Origin: a virus
Taxonomy: Duplodnaviria; Caudoviricetes
Strand: one strand, 5' to 3'
Virus record (IMG/VR): IMGVR_UViG_3300012940_000032
Location: 1 to 51,607 of that record
Length of the DNA stretch: 51,607 nt
The stretch's first letter is position 1. Each line of letters opens with the position of its first letter. Positions 17,470 to 24,455 of this stretch are shown here, in pieces. The position numbers and the translations under genes are program-made. The notes beneath the pieces are model-generated. The model had not been told where the DNA came from, made no database searches, and was given only the letters and a program-made list of their open reading frames with translations.

Positions 17470-17635
17470 GACAATCCAGGTACAGAACCAGCTCGTGGAC
17501 GGGTACGGGATGGACGAAGAGGGTGCAGAACGGGCAGTGCGAGAGTATATCATGGACTACCCCTTGACATTCAGGGAGTCAGACACTTACACTGCTGCTG
17601 AGGACATCTACCAAGAGTACGTCCTAGGGCTCTGA
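17462..17635 (+). CDS. Small acidic hypothetical protein (57 aa)
   Basis: GTG start after GGAG; VARTIQVQNQLVDGYG... Confidence 0.5.
   Translation: MARTIQVQNQLVDGYGMDEEGAERAVREYIMDYPLTFRESDTYTAAEDIYQEYVLGL
17564..17593 (+). promoter_or_regulatory. Housekeeping-sigma promoter
   Basis: TTGACA-N18-TACACT. Confidence 0.6.
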
Positions 17636-17731
17636 CTAGGATCTGACACTTGTGCATCTTGTCCGATTCGTGATACACTCAAGGGTGACCTGAACCAGCC
17701 AGGTTCAGCACGCGGCCAAGGAGAAGATGGG

Positions 17732-17944
17732 ATGATGGGAGAGTGGCAGCACCGGGGGGAGCCCTGGAACGAGGCCAAGCTACCACGTAGGAGACACAAG
17801 TGTCGGTGGCAGTCCTACCGGTCCACCACATCCCCTGACGGGGACGAACTGGTTGAGTTCTGTGCATGCGGGGCTCTGAGGAGATCCTACGGGGAAACTA
17901 AGGGAGAATGGATGTTCAGGAATTCACGCCGGAGGAGAGGGTAG
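17732..17944 (+). CDS. Hypothetical protein (HxC...CxC)
   Basis: AAGGAG RBS. Confidence 0.6.
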   Translation: MMGEWQHRGEPWNEAKLPRRRHKCRWQSYRSTTSPDGDELVEFCACGALRRSYGETKGEWMFRNSRRRRG

Positions 17945-17947
17945 ACG

Positions 17948-18256
17948 ATGGAGTGGCCAGCAGGGTTGACCGAGGATGACGTGAGTTGGCTTCGGGAAAA
18001 TCTGGAGCTGGCCACTTCTACTTTAGAGGAGGAACATGGGACGACAGTACAAGCCTCGGATTTGCGAGGTGTGCGGGAAGAAGTATCAGCCCACTGGCCC
18101 ACGTGGGACGGTGTGTCCAAACTGCCGAGGTGGCTCGCAGAAGGTCTCGGGGAGTACAAGCAAGGGATCTACGTCATCTACTGGCAAGAGTGGCACACGT
18201 GCTACGCGGAATCGAGGTACAGCCCAAGCAAGTTCGCAAACTGCCTCACAGTCTAG
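17948..18256 (+). CDS. Hypothetical protein overlapping next gene
   Basis: GGAGGAG upstream; overlaps the 18036 ORF by 221 nt in another frame. Confidence 0.45.
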   Translation: MEWPAGLTEDDVSWLRENLELATSTLEEEHGTTVQASDLRGVREEVSAHWPTWDGVSKLPRWLAEGLGEYKQGIYVIYWQEWHTCYAESRYSPSKFANCLTV

Positions 18257-18509
18257 GGCACCCTCAACCAGCTCGAAGAACAAGCCCGTGAGCGGTTCTG
18301 GAGTCTACCCGACACTGCCGGAGGGAAACCTGAACTGCGCGGGGTGCACGGTGTGCGGGAAGACGTTCGCGAGCGTGAGGTCGTTCGACAAACATCGAAA
18401 CAACGGGAAGTGTACACTTACCGGAACTGGGCTGGTACAGTCCGGCGTGATGTGGTACGATGAGCAAGACATCAAGCTGAAGGAGCGAATGGAGGCGATG
18501 AGAAAGTGA
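18036..18509 (+). CDS. Double zinc-finger protein (C-terminal FDxHR-type domain)
   Basis: GAGGAGG RBS; CEVC..CPNC, S/T-rich linker, CTVCGKTF..FDKHR..C. Confidence 0.8.
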   Translation: MGRQYKPRICEVCGKKYQPTGPRGTVCPNCRGGSQKVSGSTSKGSTSSTGKSGTRATRNRGTAQASSQTASQSRAPSTSSKNKPVSGSGVYPTLPEGNLNCAGCTVCGKTFASVRSFDKHRNNGKCTLTGTGLVQSGVMWYDEQDIKLKERMEAMRK

Positions 18510-18748
18510 GTACAGGCTTCACGTCAGCTCTGGAGGAGGAGCTGGGAAAGTTCATCGTAGAGAACACGGATGCGTACTCGGCCACTGTGCTGGCCTGGCG
18601 GGACGATACTGAGATCGGTGGCTATTGCGAGACCTGTCGGTACACCGAGGCAATCCTGTGGATCAGCTACAAGGATCAGAGCGGGAAGATTAAGGAGTAC
18701 AAGTACTACGGGGATTTTGGTGACCTGATTAGAGAGCTTACGGACTGA
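18506..18748 (+). CDS. Hypothetical protein (GGYCETC)
   Basis: GTGA coupling, phage-like codons. Confidence 0.7.
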   Translation: MSTGFTSALEEELGKFIVENTDAYSATVLAWRDDTEIGGYCETCRYTEAILWISYKDQSGKIKEYKYYGDFGDLIRELTD

Positions 18749-18906
18749 TGGGGCACCCCATGATCGTCGCTGTGATCGCCCTCGTAGTGATCGTGATGTT
18801 GGTAGTGTTCATGGCCTGCTGGGAGAAGTGGGACTTCCTCCAGCGCGAGAAGGACAAGCAGGAGATCAAGGAGTACCTGGACTACGTGGAAAAGATCAAG
18901 AAGTGA
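18748..18906 (+). CDS. Single-TM membrane protein
   Basis: TGATG coupling; IVAVIALVVIVMLVVFM. Confidence 0.6.
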   Translation: MGHPMIVAVIALVVIVMLVVFMACWEKWDFLQREKDKQEIKEYLDYVEKIKK

Positions 18907-19040
18907 AGACCGAGGTGCGCAAGCTCGTAGAAGAAATGGCCTCACTCGGGACTTCCGAGGAGGACCAGGAGAGACTGGCCGAGATCGAGGAGATCTTGGA
19001 GGAGTACGAGATGGGAGAGTGGATTGAGTATGACCAGTGA
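18903..19040 (+). CDS. Small acidic protein
   Basis: GTGA coupling. Confidence 0.5.
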   Translation: MKTEVRKLVEEMASLGTSEEDQERLAEIEEILEEYEMGEWIEYDQ

Positions 19041-19392
19041 GATTCGAGAGGCGTTCGGCAGGCTCTACATCGGGGAAGACGGGCTGCATGTGACGTTCGG
19101 GGTAGAGGACGCCGGGATGACTCTTCACGTGGTGGACGATCAGGAGGGGCAGGAGGTGGACCTTCTGTTCTCCGCAGAGGAGACTCAGCGCGTGCTGGAC
19201 TTCCTGGCCGATAAGGGCCTGGTGGACTCGGGTCGCGAGGACGATCTCCAGGAGAGCTACGAGGCCGGACGTGAGGACGGATACGAAGACGGCTACGGTG
19301 ACGCTGAGGACGAGGCTACCGATGCCATTACGGACCTCAACCAGGAGATCCGAAACCTCCACGAGGAACTGCGGGCGGAGAGTATTTCCTGA
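19030..19392 (+). CDS. Very acidic hypothetical protein
   Basis: GGGAG RBS; YEAGREDGYEDG repeat. Confidence 0.7.
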   Translation: MTSEIREAFGRLYIGEDGLHVTFGVEDAGMTLHVVDDQEGQEVDLLFSAEETQRVLDFLADKGLVDSGREDDLQESYEAGREDGYEDGYGDAEDEATDAITDLNQEIRNLHEELRAESIS

Positions 19393-19401
19393 CTCAGTAA
19401 G

Positions 19402-19448
19402 TTGACACGGCGATGGACCTCTGATACACTTCAGGGGTCCATCGTTTT
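19402..19448 (+). promoter_or_regulatory. Composite promoter/terminator
   Basis: TTGACA-N17-TACACT; the -10 is the loop of a 14-bp hairpin followed by TTTT. Confidence 0.75.
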
Positions 19449-19474
19449 ATACACACACAAACAAGGAGGAGAGC

Positions 19475-20107
19475 ATGGACGAGAAGTACCCCAAGTTCGA
19501 GTCGATCCCTCGGCTCAACAGGAACTTCGTGATCAGCGAGAAGATCGACGGGACCAACGGGCTGATCGAGGTGGTACGGGACACCCTCACGAAGGAGCCT
19601 GTGGAGAAGTCGTTCTACAGCAAGACCGATGGTCGGATCTACGTGAGTCGCGAGGGGGTCAACTACGAGGTTCGGGCTGGCTCTCGGTCTCGGTGGCTGA
19701 CCGACAGTCGGGACAACTTCGGCTTCTGGCAGTGGGTTAAGGCCAATGCTGTGGAGCTGACCAAGCTGGGCGAGGGTCGCCACTATGGTGAGTGGTATGG
19801 CAAGGGCATTCAGCGGGGTTATGGGCTGGACGAGAAGCGATTCATGCTGTTCAACTCGGACCGCTGGAGTGATGATGCGGAGCGTCCGGAGTGCTGTGAG
19901 GTCGCTACCGTGCTGGCTCGAAGCTCGAACAACCTGACGATGCACGTGGAGCGGACCATCGCGGACCTGAAGCTTCGTGGGAGCGCCCACGTGCCTGGGT
20001 TCAGCAACCCAGAGGGAGTCGTGGTCTACCACACTGCGGCACGTCAGTACTTCAAGGTGACCGTGGAGGGTGACGAGGTGCCTAAGACTCTGCGGGCGGT
20101 GGCATGA
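19475..20107 (+). CDS. RNA ligase (Rnl2-like adenylyltransferase domain)
   Basis: Motif I EKIDGTN, AGSRSRW, YGEWYG, FMLFN, EGVVV, FK. Confidence 0.85.
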   Translation: MDEKYPKFESIPRLNRNFVISEKIDGTNGLIEVVRDTLTKEPVEKSFYSKTDGRIYVSREGVNYEVRAGSRSRWLTDSRDNFGFWQWVKANAVELTKLGEGRHYGEWYGKGIQRGYGLDEKRFMLFNSDRWSDDAERPECCEVATVLARSSNNLTMHVERTIADLKLRGSAHVPGFSNPEGVVVYHTAARQYFKVTVEGDEVPKTLRAVA

Positions 20108-20271
20108 AGGTGGTAGTCCTGCTCATGTTGTTCGTGGTGGTTGCTACGGGGATCACCACGGATATCGTGTGGCTCAAGATCGTAGCGTGGGCAACCTTGG
20201 GGTTGCTTGTGGGTGTGGGCCTGCTCGATTGGGGTAGGCATAACCAGGGAGACGGGAGCAACAATAAGTGA
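20104..20271 (+). CDS. Two-TM membrane protein
   Basis: ATGA coupling; hydrophobic 55 aa. Confidence 0.6.
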   Translation: MKVVVLLMLFVVVATGITTDIVWLKIVAWATLGLLVGVGLLDWGRHNQGDGSNNK

Positions 20272-21029
20272 CTGACAAGGACCAGAGCGTTTATATTAAG
20301 GGGAAGCGCCACTATCCTCTGTCGGACGGCACCTTGGTGCCTTCGGTCTCTACCTTCCTGAACGTCCTGCCAAAGCCAGCCCTCGATCGCTGGAAAATCA
20401 AGCAGGTTGCTGAGGCTGCCGTGAAGTACAAGGCGTCTTGGGAGGCTCTTCCAGAGGAAGCTGCTGTTGATCTGCTGGCCGGGGGCAAGCTCGGTAGCAC
20501 GAAGGCACGGGACAACGGCGACATCGTCCATAAGATCCTCGAAGACCTGTTCATGGGTCGGGACCCACATGTCCCTGAGGGGTTCGAGCGGGTACCGGAG
20601 ATTTACGAGCGGTTCACTACCGACTACGATGTCAAGGTGTTCGCGGTTGAACCCGAAGTTCGGTCCTACTCGCTGCTGTATGCCGGGAGCCTGGACTGGA
20701 TGGGGTGGATCAATGGTGAGCTGGTCATCCTGGACTGGAAGAGTGGGTCCGGGTTGTACGGGTCTACTGCCTATCAGCTTGCTGCCTACGCCATGGCGGA
20801 TAAGATCGTGATCGATGGCAAAGAGCAGGACATGCCTCAGGTGGCAGGCACGATGGGCGCCTGGGTTCGCAAGAGCGGGTATGCTCTGTACCCGATGGCG
20901 TTCGATGACGATGTGAAGACGGTTGTGCGGGCTGCAAGAGCCTTGTACGACAGGGTCGACAACGATTGGAAGTATCGGGGGAAGCCGATCAATCCGAACC
21001 CGATCCGTAGCAAGGGAGCTGACTGGTAA
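20268..21029 (+). CDS. PD-(D/E)XK exonuclease (Cas4/RecB-like)
   Basis: PSVST, G..VH, YAGSLD, LDWKSG, QLAAYA motifs. Confidence 0.88.
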   Translation: MTDKDQSVYIKGKRHYPLSDGTLVPSVSTFLNVLPKPALDRWKIKQVAEAAVKYKASWEALPEEAAVDLLAGGKLGSTKARDNGDIVHKILEDLFMGRDPHVPEGFERVPEIYERFTTDYDVKVFAVEPEVRSYSLLYAGSLDWMGWINGELVILDWKSGSGLYGSTAYQLAAYAMADKIVIDGKEQDMPQVAGTMGAWVRKSGYALYPMAFDDDVKTVVRAARALYDRVDNDWKYRGKPINPNPIRSKGADW

Positions 21030-21310
21030 TGGCTAACCAGACGCACTTTGGCTGGGGTCCTGTGACACAGGACGACGCGGCCAAGACGATCACGTTCCGA
21101 GGTGGGGTGGCACCCGGCACCGAAGGGGCCGCCTACGTGCCCTTCCTGGACACCTGGATTGGTCCTATCACGCTGGATACTACGGGCTACACCGTGGAGC
21201 TGATTTGGTTCCCGCCCCAGTTTGAAACTCGTGACGGGTTCCTGTATGATTGTCGTGAGGTCGATGAAGAGGTCGACCAGGTGGAGATCGTACTAACGGA
21301 GGTACAGTGA
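21029..21310 (+). CDS. Hypothetical protein
   Basis: TAATG coupling, GGGAG RBS. Confidence 0.65.
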   Translation: MANQTHFGWGPVTQDDAAKTITFRGGVAPGTEGAAYVPFLDTWIGPITLDTTGYTVELIWFPPQFETRDGFLYDCREVDEEVDQVEIVLTEVQ

Positions 21311-21471
21311 GTAAGGGACGGACTAACCCCGCGAAGCTGCTGGCCGGTGCGCAGGCAAAGCACCCGGAGTGGCAGGACCGGGACCGCAAGGCTGAGGTTC
21401 AGCGGGAGAAGGAAGAGTGGCGGCGTCAGCAGGCGCTGGCCCGACTCGCTAAGCAGTACAAGAAGGATTGA
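21307..21471 (+). CDS. Small helical protein (54 aa)
   Basis: GGAGG RBS, GTGA coupling. Confidence 0.55.
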   Translation: MSKGRTNPAKLLAGAQAKHPEWQDRDRKAEVQREKEEWRRQQALARLAKQYKKD

Positions 21472-21496
21472 CAAGGGGCTCCCCCAGTGCTAAGCT
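21468..21496 (+). promoter_or_regulatory. Promoter of ncRNA operon
   Basis: TTGACA-N17-TAAGCT with TG extension, ending 11 nt before the mini-tmRNA. Confidence 0.8.
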
Positions 21497-21507
21497 GGGG
21501 GAACCTA

Positions 21508-21587
21508 GGGGATGTGAATGGTTTCGACTCGCTGGAAAGCCCCATGGGGAACCAGTGAGGACCCCGGTTCGACTCCGGGCATCTCCA
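21508..21587 (+). ncRNA. ssrA: Mini-tmRNA: tRNA-like domain only, no tag reading frame
   Basis: tmRNA 5' signature GGGGATG...GGTTTCGAC, P2 TCGCTGG/CCAGTGA, GGAC, T-arm CCCGG-TTCGACT-CCGGG, CATCTCC-A with G3.U70. Confidence 0.85.
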
Positions 21588-21591
21588 CGCC

Positions 21592-21698
21592 GGCCAAGGT
21601 GGGTTAGCAGTTGGTTGAGGGGCTGATCACCCCTTCGGCAATGCCTGATCAGCGAAGCCGCAACGCAGGCTCCCGCGAAGGGAGTAAGAGCGTTGGCC
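21592..21698 (+). ncRNA. Unknown ~107-nt structured RNA
   Basis: GGCCAA/TTGGCC ends, GAGGGG/CCCCTT stem whose loop pairs with TGATCAG, CAACGC/GCGTTG and CTCCC/GGGAG stems. Confidence 0.55.
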
Positions 21699-21702
21699 AA
21701 GG

Positions 21703-21772
21703 TGGCGCGTCGTCCAAACGGCAGGACACCCCTCCCGAGGGGGAAATGCGGGTTCGAATCCCGTGGCGCTAA
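21703..21772 (+). tRNA. tRNA-like RNA lacking a canonical anticodon loop
   Basis: Gln/Glu-like D-arm GTCC-AAACGGCA-GGAC, T-arm GCGGG-TTCGAAT-CCCGT, acceptor TGGCGC/GCGCTA; anticodon arm only 15 nt (CCCCTCCCGAGGGGG). Confidence 0.7.
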
Positions 21773-21840
21773 CGCAATGGCGAGAACCCTCGCCGCATCA
21801 GAGGGATGTGGCTAGTAAGCTCGTCATAAGGAGGAGAGAG

Positions 21841-22242
21841 ATGAATCCAGAGGTCAAGAAGATCTGGCTGGACAAGCTCCGGTCGGGTAAGTACGAGCAG
21901 GGTATTGGCTTTCTTCACACGCTCGCGGGCGGGAGCGACGGTACGGAGACGTTCTGCTGTCTCGGGGTGCTGTGTGAGGCAGCCAAGGAGGCTGGCGTGG
22001 TCCGGGCGGAGAAGGGCTCGCTCTCGAACACCGTGTACTACGGGGTGGACGGGGAGGATGACCAGTTCTACTGGGACAAGGACGACTCGGTTCTTCCTGA
22101 GTCGGTGCAGGAGTGGGCAGGGCTGAAGGACAGCAACCCACAGATCATGGACAAGGAAATCAGCTCCTGGAACGACGGAGATGGCGACGAGGCTGGCGCG
22201 AGCTTTGCTGAGATCGCTGATCTGATCGAGGTGAACCTGTGA
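21841..22242 (+). CDS. Phage hypothetical protein (LRSGxYxQG...CCLGVLCE), paralog 1
   Basis: AAGGAGG RBS; motif shared with next gene. Confidence 0.8.
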   Translation: MNPEVKKIWLDKLRSGKYEQGIGFLHTLAGGSDGTETFCCLGVLCEAAKEAGVVRAEKGSLSNTVYYGVDGEDDQFYWDKDDSVLPESVQEWAGLKDSNPQIMDKEISSWNDGDGDEAGASFAEIADLIEVNL

Positions 22243-22640
22243 TCGAGGAGATCAAGGTAGAGTGGCTGCGTCGGCTCAGATCTGGTGACTACGACCAGGG
22301 TACTGGGTTCCTTCACCAGGTCGCCGGTAACGTGGACCGCAAGGACACGTACTGCTGTCTCGGGGTGCTGTGTGAGATGGCTAAAGAGGCAGGAGTGGTC
22401 GAGAAGGAGAAGTACACCCTCAGCAACACGGTCTACTACCGGGCCGTTCACGACGAGTCGGACTTCTCCAACACGAGGCTGCCAGGAGCAGTCGTGCACT
22501 GGGCTGGCCTGGCCAGTAACGTTCCGCGCGTCAACAGCGGGCTCACGGTCGCTGAGCTGAACGACGGGTCCGAGGAAGATGACACCTTGCGAAGTCACAC
22601 GTTCGAAGAGATCGCTGACGAGATTGAGGTGAGCCTGTGA
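22239..22640 (+). CDS. Phage hypothetical protein, paralog 2
   Basis: Same motifs (LRSGDYDQG, CCLGVLCE, LSNTVYY, FEEIAD). Confidence 0.8.
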   Translation: MIEEIKVEWLRRLRSGDYDQGTGFLHQVAGNVDRKDTYCCLGVLCEMAKEAGVVEKEKYTLSNTVYYRAVHDESDFSNTRLPGAVVHWAGLASNVPRVNSGLTVAELNDGSEEDDTLRSHTFEEIADEIEVSL

Positions 22641-22700
22641 CTGACATCTACGAGGCTGGGGTACTGATGGGTGCTCTGGAGGATTACATGGGAGGGCTTC

Positions 22701-22862
22701 ATGGCTAGTGTAGAGATCATCGTCCGAGAGGACGCGAAGGGCAAGGCCAAGAGGGACAAGAAGGGCGGTCGGGTTGTCAAGCACCTGATCTTGTCCGATG
22801 GGCTTAAGCGAGGCACTGACCGGGATGACGTCGCGGAGTTGGTGAGGGAAGCTCTTGGCTAG
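22701..22862 (+). CDS. Small basic protein
   Basis: GGGAGG RBS before MASVEIIVRED. Confidence 0.55.
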   Translation: MASVEIIVREDAKGKAKRDKKGGRVVKHLILSDGLKRGTDRDDVAELVREALG

Positions 22863-22890
22863 GACCTGGGAGACCGAGGGTACCGAGGTC

Positions 22891-23025
22891 GTGAACGTGC
22901 TGATGATCTCGGTCAACCGAGTGGAGGCACAGCTACTGCTGAGGGACCTTGACAACGCAGATAGTGTCCTGTATGATGTAAGGGATGCCCTAGAGGCGTT
23001 CATTCGCAAGGAAGAGGAGAACTAG
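22891..23025 (+). CDS. Small hypothetical protein
   Basis: GAGG RBS; stop abuts next ATG. Confidence 0.45.
   Translation: MNVLMISVNRVEAQLLLRDLDNADSVLYDVRDALEAFIRKEEEN
22949..22977 (+). promoter_or_regulatory. Housekeeping-sigma promoter
   Basis: TTGACA-N17-TATGAT. Confidence 0.7.
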
Positions 23026-23478
23026 ATGGGTCTGTTCGACGGTTACACCCCTGACACCACCCCGTACGACGATGATGACGTGCCGGTCACCTGGTTGAAC
23101 CCGAAGGAGCTGGCGGACAAGTACAGCCCGGAGAAGCCTCTGGTGATCGAGGGTGTGAAGGAGTTCGCTCGCAAGCAGAAGAGCAAGTTCATCAACCCTG
23201 GGAGTACCGAGCCTAAGGATGAGGTTCAGCTCGTAGTGCGAAGGGGCGAGGAGAAGTTCGGTCTCACCATGTCGAGTACCATGTTCGTCCGGGAGTGCGA
23301 GGAGGCCGAGGTTACCGAGCTGCCCAAGGGGGCACCGGTGGCTATCCTGTACGCGGGGAAGAGCGGCGAGAGCAAGAACGGGAAGTTCCACTGGGTCGAG
23401 GTTCGCTCGGAGCGCAGCGCTGCGAACAAGGAGGCCAAGAAGAAGGCCAAGCCGACCACGGAGAAGATTCCGTTCTGA
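23026..23478 (+). CDS. Putative ssDNA-binding protein
   Basis: Beta-rich core, ends in IPF like SSB tails, upstream of primase with its own promoter. Confidence 0.5.
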   Translation: MGLFDGYTPDTTPYDDDDVPVTWLNPKELADKYSPEKPLVIEGVKEFARKQKSKFINPGSTEPKDEVQLVVRRGEEKFGLTMSSTMFVRECEEAEVTELPKGAPVAILYAGKSGESKNGKFHWVEVRSERSAANKEAKKKAKPTTEKIPF

Positions 23479-23584
23479 GTCTGAGCGCAGCGGAGCACGG
23501 TAGAAGTTGATCATGGTGGAGGGGTCGCGGGAATTTTTGGAGCCTGTGGCCCCTCCTTGGTTTCTAGGGAGACTGGAGGTTGGT

Positions 23585-23701
23585 GTGACTTTCGTAGAGG
23601 CTCTGGGGGTTGTCGGCTGGTGCACGTGGGCGTTTGTGACTATCCTTGCTTTCATCATGGGAGTGGGGATGTTCCTGGAGTGGGTCGATGGAGAGGATTG
23701 A
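23585..23701 (+). CDS. Small membrane peptide
   Basis: GGAGG RBS, GTG start, hydrophobic. Confidence 0.4.
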   Translation: MTFVEALGVVGWCTWAFVTILAFIMGVGMFLEWVDGED

Positions 23702-23845
23702 ATCTTTGGGGTGGTCAGTGTGGGTTTGGTGCTGGCCGCTCTGGTTAGTACCGCTGGGTTGATCGCGGTGTTCTGATGTGGTAGGGTAGAGTTGGGAGAA
23801 TTTTTAGAGAACCTGGCCTACCCTTAGTTTGAGAGGGGATGAAAC

Positions 23846-24301
23846 TTGGCGGGACCGGTTGAACGAGTAGTCGTGGTCCGCAAATGCATCGTATGTCTGG
23901 AGGTGCGATCGCTTCACAACTACAGCAATAGTGCCAGTACGGTGTGCAGCAGGTGCAAGGACGACCTAAAAGCTCCGGGCGGGAGAGTATATGCCCTAGA
24001 GTTTGATCATGGAGTTACGAAGATCGGTAAGTCCGCGAACAAGAGCCTTACCCAGAGACTTTACAAGTACCAAGGACAGTCCAGATCGTACCAAAGGGAG
24101 ATCGTCCAGCGGTGGATGAGTCCTTCGTTGACTCAGTACGCTGAGGTGGAGCACGCCATACATACTATGCTGGGGAACCGTTACTTCGGCAGGACGCTCG
24201 GAGGGGAATGGTATCCCGCGACACTCGAAGAGGTCCGGGATGTGATCGATTGGTACATGACAGCAGTGACAGAGGGAAAGTTTAGATCCTCAAGGCTTTA
24301 G
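23846..24301 (+). CDS. T5orf172/GIY-YIG-family nuclease with N-terminal Zn ribbon
   Basis: CIVC..CSRC; RVYALE..TKIGKS..RL...E..IH...GEWY. Confidence 0.75.
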   Translation: MAGPVERVVVVRKCIVCLEVRSLHNYSNSASTVCSRCKDDLKAPGGRVYALEFDHGVTKIGKSANKSLTQRLYKYQGQSRSYQREIVQRWMSPSLTQYAEVEHAIHTMLGNRYFGRTLGGEWYPATLEEVRDVIDWYMTAVTEGKFRSSRL

Positions 24302-24432
24302 AGCAGTGAGGAATACCCAACCCTATTCCGCAGTGCTCTAAAGCATAAAGCATACAAACTTTTGCTCTGTCATCTCTGTCATTTGTCATAAGTGCAGGTC
24401 AGAGCGTTATAGGGTATGACAGTAGTGACAAA
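24257..24432. repeat. Candidate replication origin (TGACA iterons in nested inverted repeats)
   Basis: Seven TGACA/TGTCA units, AT-rich, directly upstream of primase-helicase. Confidence 0.6.
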
Positions 24433-24455
24433 AATAGAGTAACCAGAGGAGGACA

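Noticed and set aside
20268-21029. CRISPR-Cas association of the Cas4-like nuclease
   Set aside because: No repeat-spacer array or other cas genes; ordinary phage exonuclease
21508-21587. tmRNA fragment as attP core
   Set aside because: attP copies carry one gene end only; here both ends fold together under a promoter and no integrase is present
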